Shown here one piece after another: positions 1-10,263 of a DNA stretch of 64,000 nt. A program made the translations under genes and the position numbers. The notes beneath the pieces were generated by a model, which saw only the letters and a program-made list of their open reading frames with translations, was not told the DNA's origin and did no database searches. Each line of letters starts with the position of its first letter. Position 1 is the first letter of the stretch. Source of the DNA: a bacterium (lineage in GTDB: Bacteria > Hinthialibacterota > Hinthialibacteria > Hinthialibacterales > Hinthialibacteraceae); contig CAXXSM010000070.1 in assembly GCA_963663405.2 (NCBI GenBank), positions 1 to 64,000 on the forward strand. The letters run 5' to 3'.

Positions 1-1585
1 TCACCGTTAAGAGAGACTTTCGCATCGTGGCGCCAGCCGGGATTCGGAGATAGAGAGGGAAGCGCTCTGGTTTCGGCAGTTCGATGGAAAATTGGATTGT
101 TTCCCGAAATGGATAGCCGGTTTCCTCGGTAATTCGAACCACTGATCCGGTTCCTACTTGGGCTTCGACAACGCAGGGGGAGTAGTGGACCGCCACTAAG
201 CCATTTCCGCGTGTAGCCATCCAAAGATGTTCCGTGAAATACGGCCAGCCGTGCGATACATTATGCTGACAGCAGCGATAGAGCCAGGGGGAATAGGCGA
301 ACATACATCCAGAATTTTGTATTCCGGGCGCTTTGTAGCCCGCGTCTAGTTGAACCATATTCGGCGCAGTAAAGTAATGCAGGCCTTTCAAATCGGGTGT
401 CATCGCCGCTGGGAGGGAATTGAATGCGATCTCTTCGGTCCGGTCGGCGTAGATTGGATTGCCTGTAATTCCGATTAGGATTTCATTCGACCGCATAAAT
501 TCCACCATCGAACAGGTTTCCGCGCCCTGACGGGGATCGCCGAATCCTGGACGGCAGTTTTCATCCGCTCCGAACATCCCGCCGGGAACTTGGCCGAATT
601 CGTCCATCACTTCATGATAGTTCCTCTCTGTGGCTTGGAGGTGAACGGGGGATTTGGATTGTTGGTAGTACTGCGCCGGTTCACGAAATCCCTGGCAGAT
701 GTTGACTCCATGCCGCGTTGGGATGGTTCGTGTCCAATCGACGGTGTTTTCATGAATTGATTTAGATAAATCAAGCAGCCACGCGTCCCCGGTCTGATTG
801 TACAGCCAGTAGATGTTATATAGGTTGTCGCCAGCGCGGATTTTCTGCCAACTGTCTGGGAGGAGCCGTTCTTTGGGGAGCGCGTTCTGCCAGCGGAAGT
901 ATTTTGTCATGAATGGGAGGACTCGCTCGTCTTCCGAATATTCATAGTAAGACCGCAGCACATCCAGCGCAATCATATTCGGCCAGAGGTCATCGTTTTC
1001 CCGGTTTTCTATGGAGCCAAAGTACCCGTCCGGCTGTTGATTGGTGAGGATGGCTTCGATCCAGACTTTGGTTTCCGTGATGATTCGTTCGTCTTCCAAA
1101 AGGTAACCTAGATCACCGAAGCCTTTCAGCCAATAGGGCAGTTCTTCCCATCCATACTCACCGGTTCCATCGGCGCTCAACCAGGCGCTGCCCTTCTTTT
1201 GACAGAATTCGCTTAATTCAGGCAGGCGGCCCGTCATTCCTTCACTCATGAGAACCAGCTGCCGTTCGAGCCAGCCCTTCGCTTTGACTTTACCGGCGGG
1301 GAGTTTGATTAGAGGATTGGGCGACAGTGGTTCACGGTTGGATGTATAAAAATCATTGCCGCCTTCTAAAGGGGGAGTAACAACAGTGTAGAATTCCTTT
1401 CCGGTCACATCGATAATGTTCTCTTGAACCGCTGACTCGTTTCCACAGCCCCCACACCAAATTCCAAGAACAAGAAGGAATAGGATGAATATCGCTATTC
1501 TGTTGGTCGTATATAGAAAGCGCCTATTTTCTCTCATGGAGTATAAGGCGTTAATCGAACGATCTACAATTCGCCGGTCTTTCAT
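1..1585 (-). CDS. Glycoside hydrolase family 127-like (beta-L-arabinofuranosidase/DUF1680) secreted or lipoprotein; 3' end runs off the window
   Basis: Not in the ORF track; translated by hand on the minus strand. ATG at 1585 (in-frame alternative 1537), hydrophobic leader ending WCGGCG. Motifs LIKLPAGKVKAKGWL, GWEELPYWLKG, DLWPNMIAL, HGVNICQG, ETCSMVEFM, CCQHNVSHGWP. Confidence 0.85.
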   Translation of the reverse strand, partial: MKDRRIVDRSINALYSMRENRRFLYTTNRIAIFILFLLVLGIWCGGCGNESAVQENIIDVTGKEFYTVVTPPLEGGNDFYTSNREPLSPNPLIKLPAGKVKAKGWLERQLVLMSEGMTGRLPELSEFCQKKGSAWLSADGTGEYGWEELPYWLKGFGDLGYLLEDERIITETKVWIEAILTNQQPDGYFGSIENRENDDLWPNMIALDVLRSYYEYSEDERVLPFMTKYFRWQNALPKERLLPDSWQKIRAGDNLYNIYWLYNQTGDAWLLDLSKSIHENTVDWTRTIPTRHGVNICQGFREPAQYYQQSKSPVHLQATERNYHEVMDEFGQVPGGMFGADENCRPGFGDPRQGAETCSMVEFMRSNEILIGITGNPIYADRTEEIAFNSLPAAMTPDLKGLHYFTAPNMVQLDAGYKAPGIQNSGCMFAYSPWLYRCCQHNVSHGWPYFTEHLWMATRGNGLVAVHYSPCVVEAQVGTGSVVRITEETGYPFRETIQFSIELPKPERFPLYLRIPAGATMRKSLLTV

Positions 1586-1649
1586 TCAATATGTCCTAAA
1601 AAAAACGCCGTTATTGCTGTGAGAATTCTTCGGCGCCAGGAAAAGGGAT

Positions 1650-2084
1650 TTAATCCGTCAGCGGTCCGCCGACTAGTTCTTCACCGCGTTTTTCCCATTC
1701 AAGGCCTTCTTTTGCCCATTCTAGAACGCGGCTGTGGAAATCGCCGCCCAATCCCAATTCGTTGTGGATGGCGTCGATGGCGTTTTGTTCTATATCGCTG
1801 ATGCTCCCGTCCGCCAGGAGGAGGAGTATACATTGTTGATAGAGAAACCGTTTCTGCGCTTCATCTTCAAAGTCTTGAAAGCGTTTTTTGAGGATATCGA
1901 ACGGTTCGTAGTCCTCGGCGATGGCTTCTTCGATTTTGTCCGCGTGAAGGTCCATTTTCAGGCCGATCAAGCGGATGCGGATCGCTTCGAGAAGATCGAA
2001 GTTGCGATCTTCGGAGGCGAGGTATTTAAGGATACAGATCACGTGATATTTTTGCAGTTCGGACAGTTTAATCATGACAGCCAA
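1650..2084 (-). CDS. TerB/tellurite-resistance-like helical domain protein
   Basis: Paired LASED...LEAIRI and LLLADGSISDIEQNAI motifs resemble the TerB fold. Confidence 0.6.
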   Translation of the reverse strand: MAVMIKLSELQKYHVICILKYLASEDRNFDLLEAIRIRLIGLKMDLHADKIEEAIAEDYEPFDILKKRFQDFEDEAQKRFLYQQCILLLLADGSISDIEQNAIDAIHNELGLGGDFHSRVLEWAKEGLEWEKRGEELVGGPLTD

Positions 2085-2103
2085 TCCTTTCCTGTTAGGG
2101 AAT

Positions 2104-3351
2104 TCAATCTAATGGCGCTTCACACTCGTCTTTTTCACGATTCATGAATAGGTATAAAACTAACAATAATAAACCATAGAGTTTCACATTCATCAACAGC
2201 GTCATCCAGCCTTGTTTATAGGACGGATTATCGTACCAGTAAGGAATTGAGAGTAATGAGATGGCGATCGATGGAATCAGCAATCCCCCCCGGCCGCTAT
2301 CTAAAAGAAGGCGGATTGTAAATCCAATCAAAAGAAACATTTGCGTTAGATAATGATCCCACATTAGACTTGGCAGGAGCAGCATACCCACGCTCCACAG
2401 AGAATATTCCCAAATCGTACATGGCGAAGGACCGCGCCGAATCCCCCAAAAAAGCATTCCTAATATCAATAGCGCCGTGATGTACGAAAAACCTTTGGCT
2501 AATGTGGGGGAATCGATGATTCCTTTTGTTGATTCATTATGGGTCAGCAAACGGTACCACACCGCTGAAGGCGCTTGGTTGTGGGGTTCTACATGATAGT
2601 GTTGGTTCAATTGGGACCATGTGGAGGAACCGTATGACATTTCACCCGCTTCGCGCAAAAACGATCCATGAACAGTCCAGCCGAAGAAGAAAAGAGAGAT
2701 AACCAGTGACAGCGCGATTGCTCCACCCGCTGCGATAGCCGCTTGCCATCGTTGTTTCCATAGAAAATAGAGGATAAAAAATCCCGGTGCGATTTTAATC
2801 GCGGCCCCCAGGCCAATGACGAGGCCGGCTTCGATCTCGCGTTTGCCGCTGAGAAGACGCCAGGCGCCGCAAATCACAAGCAGCATGAAGGTATTCATCT
2901 GCCCGGCGGATAAAGATTGTCTGAGGGGGAAAAAGCATGCGGAAAGGGCAATAAGAATTCCCCACCAGAATATACGCGGATCATCTTCCCCTTGAAAGAT
3001 CTTTACGAGCAGCGACAAAGCCCAGAAGAAGGCGGCTTGGCTTAGAACAAAGAAAAACGCCCAGGCGCTTTCATAATTAAGCCAACTCAAGGGGATTAAA
3101 ATCCATGCGAAAAAGGGGGGATAGACGAATGGATTCAAACCGGTGGGGATATTTAGATAGCCATGCGCGTTCAACATCCATTCCGGATCAAAGAAATCGC
3201 CCCCCCGCTCCGCCAAATATCCTGCTAAATAAAGATGCGCAAAATCGTTGCGATGGGCGCTGGCGAAAATAAGCAATGATTGTTGGACGTAAAAAACCAG
3301 CCCAATCACAACAAGAAAATATCCAATCCTTTTTTTGATTTCCCGATTCAT
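2104..3351 (-). CDS. GT87/DUF2029 family membrane glycosyltransferase (GT-C fold)
   Basis: NDFAHLY, PFVYPPFFA, GQMN, AAIKIAP and WDHY motifs; many TM helices. Confidence 0.85.
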   Translation of the reverse strand: MNREIKKRIGYFLVVIGLVFYVQQSLLIFASAHRNDFAHLYLAGYLAERGGDFFDPEWMLNAHGYLNIPTGLNPFVYPPFFAWILIPLSWLNYESAWAFFFVLSQAAFFWALSLLVKIFQGEDDPRIFWWGILIALSACFFPLRQSLSAGQMNTFMLLVICGAWRLLSGKREIEAGLVIGLGAAIKIAPGFFILYFLWKQRWQAAIAAGGAIALSLVISLFFFGWTVHGSFLREAGEMSYGSSTWSQLNQHYHVEPHNQAPSAVWYRLLTHNESTKGIIDSPTLAKGFSYITALLILGMLFWGIRRGPSPCTIWEYSLWSVGMLLLPSLMWDHYLTQMFLLIGFTIRLLLDSGRGGLLIPSIAISLLSIPYWYDNPSYKQGWMTLLMNVKLYGLLLLVLYLFMNREKDECEAPLD

Positions 3352-3568
3352 TGGTTTTAAAGTAATTCGGCTAGATTCCGATTATTATAACTGAGTAAGC
3401 ATAGTGTATCATACCATAAAAGATTTAACGATCGTGGGATAGGGTTAAAGTATTAGGCGCTCGTAGATAGAAGTGTAAGCTTTATCGGAACGTCTTTTCA
3501 TGAACAAAATATTGGTATATATTTACTAAAAAAATCAAGAAAAAATAACTAAAAAAAGTAAAATTATA

Positions 3569-3597
3569 TTTACAGATTTTACGAATTGGAATATAAT
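3569..3597 (+). promoter_or_regulatory. Sigma70-type promoter upstream of pcm
   Basis: TTTACA-N17-TATAAT, 44 bp before the ATG at 3641. Confidence 0.55.
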
Positions 3598-3640
3598 TTT
3601 ATTATATTGTTATGGACGCTGGCTGGAAACAGAGAAAATT

Positions 3641-4330
3641 ATGTATGTGGAAAAACAATTGATTGGGATGATTCAACATCAGATCATTGCGAGGGGAATC
3701 CATACGCCGCAGCTTCTCGAAGCGCTCCAACGAGCGCCTAGACATCTATTCGTACCGGAGGAGATGATGACGGAAGCCTATAAAGATCAGGCGCTTCCGC
3801 TTCCTGAAGACCGGGCGGAGATCTCAAGGCCTTTTATGGTCGCGTTAATGATCGAGGCGTTGCGGATCAGTCCTTCCGACCGGGTTTTGGAGATAGGAAC
3901 GGGATCGGGTTACCAGACCGGCGTTTTGTCTCTCCTTTGCCGGGAGGTTTACACGATCGAGCGGCATTACACACTTTGCTTAAACGCTCAGCGGACTCTA
4001 CAAAACCTGTCGAGGCACAATATTCATTTCAGAGCGGGGGATGGGTCCGAAGGATGGAAAGAGAAAGCGCCATTTGATAAGATCGCTGTCACGGGCGCGT
4101 CGCGAACGATCCCGAAGAAGTTTTTAGAGCAGATTCGAGATAATGGATTGATTGTGATACCATTGGGAGATTCGAAGACGCAGACGCTGACTCGAGTCCA
4201 TATAAAAAAGGGACAATACGAGACGGAAAACTTGATCCCCTGCCACTTTCCTCCATTGATTTCAAAAGCTGGAGAGATGACGGAGCTTGAAATCGACCCT
4301 TTTCAAGTGACTTTACCCACGAATAATTGA
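3641..4330 (+). CDS. pcm: Protein-L-isoaspartate O-methyltransferase
   Basis: PRHLFVP, VLEIGTGSGYQT SAM-binding motif, GDGSEGW, APFDKI. Confidence 0.92.
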   Translation: MYVEKQLIGMIQHQIIARGIHTPQLLEALQRAPRHLFVPEEMMTEAYKDQALPLPEDRAEISRPFMVALMIEALRISPSDRVLEIGTGSGYQTGVLSLLCREVYTIERHYTLCLNAQRTLQNLSRHNIHFRAGDGSEGWKEKAPFDKIAVTGASRTIPKKFLEQIRDNGLIVIPLGDSKTQTLTRVHIKKGQYETENLIPCHFPPLISKAGEMTELEIDPFQVTLPTNN

Positions 4331-4630
4331 TCTTTTTACCGAGGGTTGTAGTAATAGAGTATCCTGACAGAAAAATAGTAACTATATCCCTTTCAAAAAA
4401 ACTAGATTTACACAATATTTTATTCCTTCCACCTTTTGAACTTTTTCTCCTCTCATTACGTTTCAATGATAGCCTGGGCGCTCTGCTTCATAGTAATATC
4501 ATTATGAAATAAGAAAAACATCGCGGATTACTTGCGCGCAGGAATACAAGGCGTTTGAAAGATACTATAATTTGATTCAGTTCAAATTGAATCACCGAGA
4601 GGATCTGGAATTGGGAAAGCGAATCCGGCA

Positions 4631-5953
4631 ATGATAATTTTTGAAAATCTCCGTCAAATCATACATATTAGTGGGTGTTTGATTGCGTTGTTGTTTCGAT
4701 TCATTACGGCGCCTTGGGCGTTGTTATTGGCTGTCGCCACGCTCATTCATAATATTCTTCTACTTCCTAAATACGCGCCTCAGGTGTTTCGGAATCAAGA
4801 GAATTTAACCCAGGGCATCGCGGTTTATCCGACGATGGTCGCTTTGCTGGTGCTCTTTTTCCCAGACCAACTGATCTTGGCGGGGGGCGCGTGGGCGGTG
4901 TTGGCGTTTGGCGATGGATTTTCCTCTTTGATCGGCCGGCGGTTTCCGTTGCTTCCTTTGCCGTGGAATCCAGAAAAATCGCTTGGAGGATTGCTGGCTT
5001 TTATCTTGATGGGAACGATCGGCGCATTCGCGATTATGGCGGGGATCGGGCCGATTCCCAGTCTTCTCCATCTTGCGTTCATTGCGGCCTGCGCTTCTAT
5101 TGTCGCGGGAGTGTATGAGACGCTGCCACTGCCGTGGGATGATAATATTGTCGTGACGCTTACGGCGGCGGGGATCTTGTCACTGACGTGGAATGTGGAT
5201 ATCACCCTCCAGACTTCCGCTATATCGGCGTGGTGGTGGGGCATCGCGCTTTTGATCAACTTAAGCGCCGCGACGGTAGCCTGGTGGCTGCGGTATGTCT
5301 CTACCAATGGCGCTTTAGGCGGCGCTTTGATTGGAACGGCCATCCTCGCGCTGGGGGGGATGGAACCTTATATTCTCCTCTTTGTCTTTTTTCTTTTAGC
5401 AAGTCTTGCTACGCGATTCGGTTATCATGAGAAAGACTTAATCGGCGTGGCGCAGAAGAGCGAAGGCCGCCGGAACGCGAAGCACGCGATCGCGAACTGT
5501 TTCTTCGCCACTTTTGCGGCTGTGACGATTGGGATGTTGGAAGGCGCGGACCCGCTGTTACAAATCTTTTACTGCGCTGCGCTGGCTACGGCGTTTGGGG
5601 ATACGATCGCCAGTGAATTAGGGCAGATTTATGGCCGCAGCCCTTTCATGGCGTCTTCGTTCCGGCTGGTGCCGACGGGAACTGTGGGCGCGATTTCCAT
5701 TGAGGGGACACTGCTTGGTATGGGCGCGGTTCTCTTGTTCGCGTTCCTTGGATTTGCGGTTTCTATGATCACATTGGATTGGCTGCCCGTTGTTGTGATC
5801 GGCGCCTGGATTGGATTTTACGCGGAATCTTACATCAGCGGCGTATGGATGGAGAAAGGGATCGAAATCGATAACGAATGGATGAATGTTGTGAATACCT
5901 TTATCGGTGGAACGGTGGCCTTATTGACAGCCGCTGTGATATTGTCCTTGTGA
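4631..5953 (+). CDS. Fusion of a phytol/dolichol-kinase-like (CTP-dependent) domain and a DUF92 domain; polytopic membrane protein
   Basis: N-terminal half has ENLRQIIH, GDGFSSLIGRRF, WNPEKSLGG, DDNIVV. C-terminal half has DUF92 motifs GRRNAKHAIAN, GDTIASELG, VPTGTVGAISIEGT, NVVNT. Confidence 0.85.
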   Translation: MIIFENLRQIIHISGCLIALLFRFITAPWALLLAVATLIHNILLLPKYAPQVFRNQENLTQGIAVYPTMVALLVLFFPDQLILAGGAWAVLAFGDGFSSLIGRRFPLLPLPWNPEKSLGGLLAFILMGTIGAFAIMAGIGPIPSLLHLAFIAACASIVAGVYETLPLPWDDNIVVTLTAAGILSLTWNVDITLQTSAISAWWWGIALLINLSAATVAWWLRYVSTNGALGGALIGTAILALGGMEPYILLFVFFLLASLATRFGYHEKDLIGVAQKSEGRRNAKHAIANCFFATFAAVTIGMLEGADPLLQIFYCAALATAFGDTIASELGQIYGRSPFMASSFRLVPTGTVGAISIEGTLLGMGAVLLFAFLGFAVSMITLDWLPVVVIGAWIGFYAESYISGVWMEKGIEIDNEWMNVVNTFIGGTVALLTAAVILSL

Positions 5954-5999
5954 TCAAGGGAATAGGGGCGCTTCGTCTCCGGTGGAAGGAGTGGATGGA

Positions 6000-6743
6000 A
6001 TGAATCAGCTGAACTCGGATATCGCGCGGGTGAAAGAATGTATTGATGGGGCCAACCGGGTTTTTGTGTTGACAGGCGCAGGGGTATCCGCGGAAAGTGG
6101 AGTGCCGACGTTTCGTGACGCCGGGGGGCATTGGAAGAAAATTGATCCGTACCAGGTCGCGACTCCTGAAGCGTTCGAGCGGGATCCCGCGTTTGTGTGG
6201 AAATGGTATGATGAGAGGCGGGTTCAATTAAACACCGTCGATCCAAATCCGGCGCATTATGCGCTCGCTCAATTGGAAAAAGAAAAAGAGGATTTTTTTC
6301 TGTTAACACAAAATGTGGATGATCTTCATGAGCGGGCTGGTTCGGTTAAGTTGGCGCACATTCATGGTAAAATCTGGGAAGTGCGCTGCATGAGAGAAGG
6401 AACCGCATGGGAAGATCACCGGGCTCCATTCCCTGAGATCCCACCCCGCTGCGAACGCTGTGGCGAATTGGTGCGTCCCAATGTTGTATGGTTTGGTGAA
6501 TCGATCGATACGGACGCTGTCGAGTCGACGGAACGGTATCTTTCAAAAGGCGCGGTTGATGTGGCGTTAATAATTGGCACAGAAGCCAGTTTTGGATATA
6601 TTACTCATTGGGCGACACGGAGCATAGGTCCTTCCGGATTGTTGGTGGAAATCAATCCGGGCGTGACGGATCTGTCATCCAGCGCTGATATCTGTTTACG
6701 AGGCCCAGCGGGAGAGATCCTGCCTTTGATTATTCCGGCTTAA
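6000..6743 (+). CDS. cobB: NAD-dependent protein deacylase (class III sirtuin)
   Basis: TGAGVSAESGVPTFR, YxxR (WYDERR), TQNVDDLHERAG, HG, RPNVVWFGE, EINP. The ORF track starts at GTG 5982. Confidence 0.9.
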   Translation: MNQLNSDIARVKECIDGANRVFVLTGAGVSAESGVPTFRDAGGHWKKIDPYQVATPEAFERDPAFVWKWYDERRVQLNTVDPNPAHYALAQLEKEKEDFFLLTQNVDDLHERAGSVKLAHIHGKIWEVRCMREGTAWEDHRAPFPEIPPRCERCGELVRPNVVWFGESIDTDAVESTERYLSKGAVDVALIIGTEASFGYITHWATRSIGPSGLLVEINPGVTDLSSSADICLRGPAGEILPLIIPA

Positions 6744-6758
6744 TCGGATTGAGGGAAT

Positions 6759-9194
6759 ATGGATTTACGCACATCCAGTCAGATTACACGCAGAGCGAAA
6801 AAGAATTGGACGCAAGCGCTTTTTCAGCGGAAGAACCTATGGTGGGTGGTCATCGCCGCGATCGCTGTTTATTTCGTTTGGCCAATGGAAACCATCCGCT
6901 ACCGGACGGATAAAAGATTCGTCATTCTTGGTTTTGACGGCGTCGATCCCAGGCTTGTCAGGAAATATTGGGACGCGCTTCCGCATTTCCAGCGACTGGC
7001 GCAGGAAGGTTGTTTTACGGAACTGCAAACCGTAATCCCGGCGGAATCGCCGGTCTCGTGGTCCTCATTCGCCGTGGGGGGAAACGCGGGCCGGCACGGT
7101 GTGTTTGATTTTCTCCGTCGGCCCGTTGGGTCCTACATCCCGACGGAAGAGACCTTCTTGGAGCGGGAACAGCCTCAGTTTCTCTTCCAACAAATCCCGG
7201 TTAAATCATCCGGCGTAAAAAGGAGGCGGGGCGGAACCGCGTTTTGGGATGTGACCGGCTCCCTGGGGATCCCTACTACGTTGATTGAAGTGCCCGTGAC
7301 TTTTCCTCCACCCACTCTGCCGCATGGCTGCGCTCTTTCCGGCTTGGGCGTGCCCGACATCCGCGGATTGCAGGGTTCTCCCTATCTCTTTTTGTACAAA
7401 GAAGATGACTCCAAAGAGCTGGACGTGGATGATAAATCGATCGTGGTCGAGCGATTGGAAAAGGATGGGGATATCTATACTGGTTCGATCACAGGCCCTC
7501 ATAATCCCGTATTGGATGGGCAAAAACAGAAAATTGAAAAACAGCTCGTTGAAGCGCAACTTTCTTGGGCGGAATGGCAGTGTCATCTCTTTTCCATTCA
7601 AGGTCTGAGCAATATCGACGAGCAAGAACGACAGCTGGTATCGGATTATATCGGTCTGAAAGTTACGCAATACCTCGCTTTGCGGCCTTACCTCCAATCA
7701 GAGGCGTTGAGCGGCCGGATCGCCGCCGCGACGCAATTTCTGCGGGACGGTGGGACATATAGCAAAGATAAGAGTGTAACGAAAGGCAGCGCAGCGCGGG
7801 AGCGGATGCTCGCGGAAAGCAAAAAAGCAAACGAACTCCGGCAGCAATTGAAAGACGAAAAATGGAACCGCAAAATCAACGCGGAGATCCAATTCAAGAT
7901 CCTGGATGATGAGGCGGTTGAGATCCGTATTGGCAAACAGTTTCAGATCGCGAAACGGAACCAATGGAGCGATTGGTTCGATCTTTCATTTCCTGTTACA
8001 TCGTTTGTCACAATGCGCGCGATCAGCCGGTTTTATCCGATTCATATAGCCCCTGACGCGTTGGAAATTGTGATGACCTCGGCGGATATTGATCCACGCC
8101 GCCCTCATATACCGATTTCGTCTCCCAAAAAGTATTCGAAACAATTGGTAGATTGGATTGGCCAGCCTTACAAGACTCGTGGCTGGGCCGCCGAGACCGC
8201 CAGTTTAAAAGAAGGCTGCCTGCCGGAGGACGCGTTCATTGAAGACGCGTCTTTTGTCATGCGATTGCGGGAAGAGAAAACCTTCGAAACTTGGAAACGG
8301 ATGGACAGCAATCTTTTTGTCGCTGTTTTCTGTATTACCGACCGTGTCAGTCATATGTTTCACCATTACATCGATAAAGAACATCCGATGTACGATCCCC
8401 AAACCGCCCAGCGATATAAAGACACGATCAAACAGTTCTATATCCGTATGGATGAGATTGTTGGGCGCATGATGGAAGAGATCGGGGATGATCCAAATAC
8501 GGTTCTTCTTGTTCTTTCCGATCATGGATTTGAATCATGGCGGTATCAGGTCAATCTCAATCAGTGGCTTCTTCAAAATGGATACCTGGTTCGAAAACGC
8601 GGCGCGAGCAGTGGCGGTGGGATGGGTGAGCAGGGAAAAACGTCTTCAAAAGAGGATAATTTCTTTCCAGATGTGGATTGGTCAAAGACCCAAGCGTACG
8701 CGCTTGGATTGGGACAGATTTATATCAATTTGAAAGACCGGGAACCGCTTGGAATTGTTGATCCATCCGAGTATGACGCTCTTTGTGACGAAATCGCGTC
8801 GAAATTGGTTCAATTAAAAGATCCTCGTTGGATGCAATATGGAGATCCGGTGTTGATCGCCTGTCATAAACGAAAGGATATATGGACTGGAGAGTATGCT
8901 GATGACGCTCACGACGCGCCGGACCTGCAATGTGGATTCGCTCCCGGTTATCGCGTTTCCTGGCAGACGTGTTTAGGCGGGATCGGCGAGGACATCATTG
9001 AAGATAACCGGGAGAAATGGAGTGGCGATCATTGCAGCGTCGCCGCCCAGCGCATACCGGGAATTCTTCTGTGCAACCGGAAAATCGATATTGAGAAACC
9101 ATCGATTATCGACATCGCGCCCACGATTCTGCGCTATTTCAGTCAGGAACCGCCGGAATCAATGGAAGGCCACTCGTTATTTTTGGTGAAATGA
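6759..9194 (+). CDS. Alkaline phosphatase superfamily nucleotide pyrophosphatase/phosphodiesterase, N-terminal membrane anchor
   Basis: LGFDGVD, nucleophile region PAESPVSWSSF, HGVFDF, DRVSH, SDHGF, WSGDH. Confidence 0.85.
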   Translation: MDLRTSSQITRRAKKNWTQALFQRKNLWWVVIAAIAVYFVWPMETIRYRTDKRFVILGFDGVDPRLVRKYWDALPHFQRLAQEGCFTELQTVIPAESPVSWSSFAVGGNAGRHGVFDFLRRPVGSYIPTEETFLEREQPQFLFQQIPVKSSGVKRRRGGTAFWDVTGSLGIPTTLIEVPVTFPPPTLPHGCALSGLGVPDIRGLQGSPYLFLYKEDDSKELDVDDKSIVVERLEKDGDIYTGSITGPHNPVLDGQKQKIEKQLVEAQLSWAEWQCHLFSIQGLSNIDEQERQLVSDYIGLKVTQYLALRPYLQSEALSGRIAAATQFLRDGGTYSKDKSVTKGSAARERMLAESKKANELRQQLKDEKWNRKINAEIQFKILDDEAVEIRIGKQFQIAKRNQWSDWFDLSFPVTSFVTMRAISRFYPIHIAPDALEIVMTSADIDPRRPHIPISSPKKYSKQLVDWIGQPYKTRGWAAETASLKEGCLPEDAFIEDASFVMRLREEKTFETWKRMDSNLFVAVFCITDRVSHMFHHYIDKEHPMYDPQTAQRYKDTIKQFYIRMDEIVGRMMEEIGDDPNTVLLVLSDHGFESWRYQVNLNQWLLQNGYLVRKRGASSGGGMGEQGKTSSKEDNFFPDVDWSKTQAYALGLGQIYINLKDREPLGIVDPSEYDALCDEIASKLVQLKDPRWMQYGDPVLIACHKRKDIWTGEYADDAHDAPDLQCGFAPGYRVSWQTCLGGIGEDIIEDNREKWSGDHCSVAAQRIPGILLCNRKIDIEKPSIIDIAPTILRYFSQEPPESMEGHSLFLVK

Positions 9195-9325
9195 CCGCGC
9201 GGATTATAGAAAAACAATGGAAAATATGTTTTCAATACTTTGTTTAAACGATACAATAAATGTAGGATCAATATTTTCGCAGGGCCATTCCAGCTGAACA
9301 GCGTCGGTCCAGAGGAGAACGAACG

Positions 9326-10084
9326 ATGTTCGATATCGCAGCAATCTTAAATGGCTGGGAATATGATCCCGATGATGTAACCGTTCGAATCATAGAAGGA
9401 CTCGACAAAAAACCTAAAATACAGATGCGGTTGGATTTAGGGCTCTTGCAGATGGAATACTCCGGCCGTCCGGATGGCAAGCGGCCTCATAATTGTGAAT
9501 CGCTTCTTGAATATTACGAACAACAGCGGGAAGAACACGCAAGAGACAATGGCTCGGCGGATGGATTTTTTCTCGATCCGGATGATTGTTCCGCTCTGCG
9601 GAGTGAGGCGCTTCAATACTATTACCGCTATTTAAGTTTATTTCATTTAAAAAAATATGAAGCGGTGGAACGGGATACGGCCCGGAATCTGCGTGTATTT
9701 GATTTTATTAAAGAGAACGCGGAATCCGAAGAAGACCGGTATGCGTTGGAGGAATACCGTCCCTATGTCATCATGATGAATACCCGCGCTTGCGCTCTCC
9801 AGCTGCTCGAACAATCTATGGGAGACGCCGCGCTGGAGCGGGTGGAAGCGGGCGTTGAGCGCATTAAAGATTTCTTCAATAAAGTCGGTCACCCTCGCCT
9901 TGCGCTTAAATGCAGAGAATACATTATCCTCCAGGATTTCGCTGACGAGATTCGCGAAAACTGGAAATCCAATCCCATTAAGATTCTGCGGGAAAAAATG
10001 CAGGAAGCGGTTGATCGCGAAGACTATGAATCCGCCGCCGAAATTCGCGACCGTATTAAACGCCTGCAGGCGAAAGAGGAATAG
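9326..10084 (+). CDS. UvrB/UvrC-motif-containing protein (type typical of PVC bacteria)
   Basis: KIQMRLDLGLLQME..GRPDG.RPH N-terminus; C-terminal UVR motif MQEAVDREDYESAAEIRDRI. Confidence 0.8.
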   Translation: MFDIAAILNGWEYDPDDVTVRIIEGLDKKPKIQMRLDLGLLQMEYSGRPDGKRPHNCESLLEYYEQQREEHARDNGSADGFFLDPDDCSALRSEALQYYYRYLSLFHLKKYEAVERDTARNLRVFDFIKENAESEEDRYALEEYRPYVIMMNTRACALQLLEQSMGDAALERVEAGVERIKDFFNKVGHPRLALKCREYIILQDFADEIRENWKSNPIKILREKMQEAVDREDYESAAEIRDRIKRLQAKEE

Positions 10085-10263
10085 ATGCTATTCTTTTATG
10101 GCTCATCCGATAAATGAGTACTATTAGTAAATGCTATTTCTAATGAGAAAGCATATTCCTCTATCCCCAGGATTAAAATCCTCGTATACGACTCACTGAA
10201 GATACAAATCATTCAATTGGTTTTACGTCTATACCATGTTTCTCTTTGGAAGGATATAAGGTC

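Noticed and set aside
6000-6743. Sir2 anti-phage NADase (Thoeris/DSR type)
   Set aside because: It has canonical CobB deacylase motifs and length and sits in a housekeeping context.
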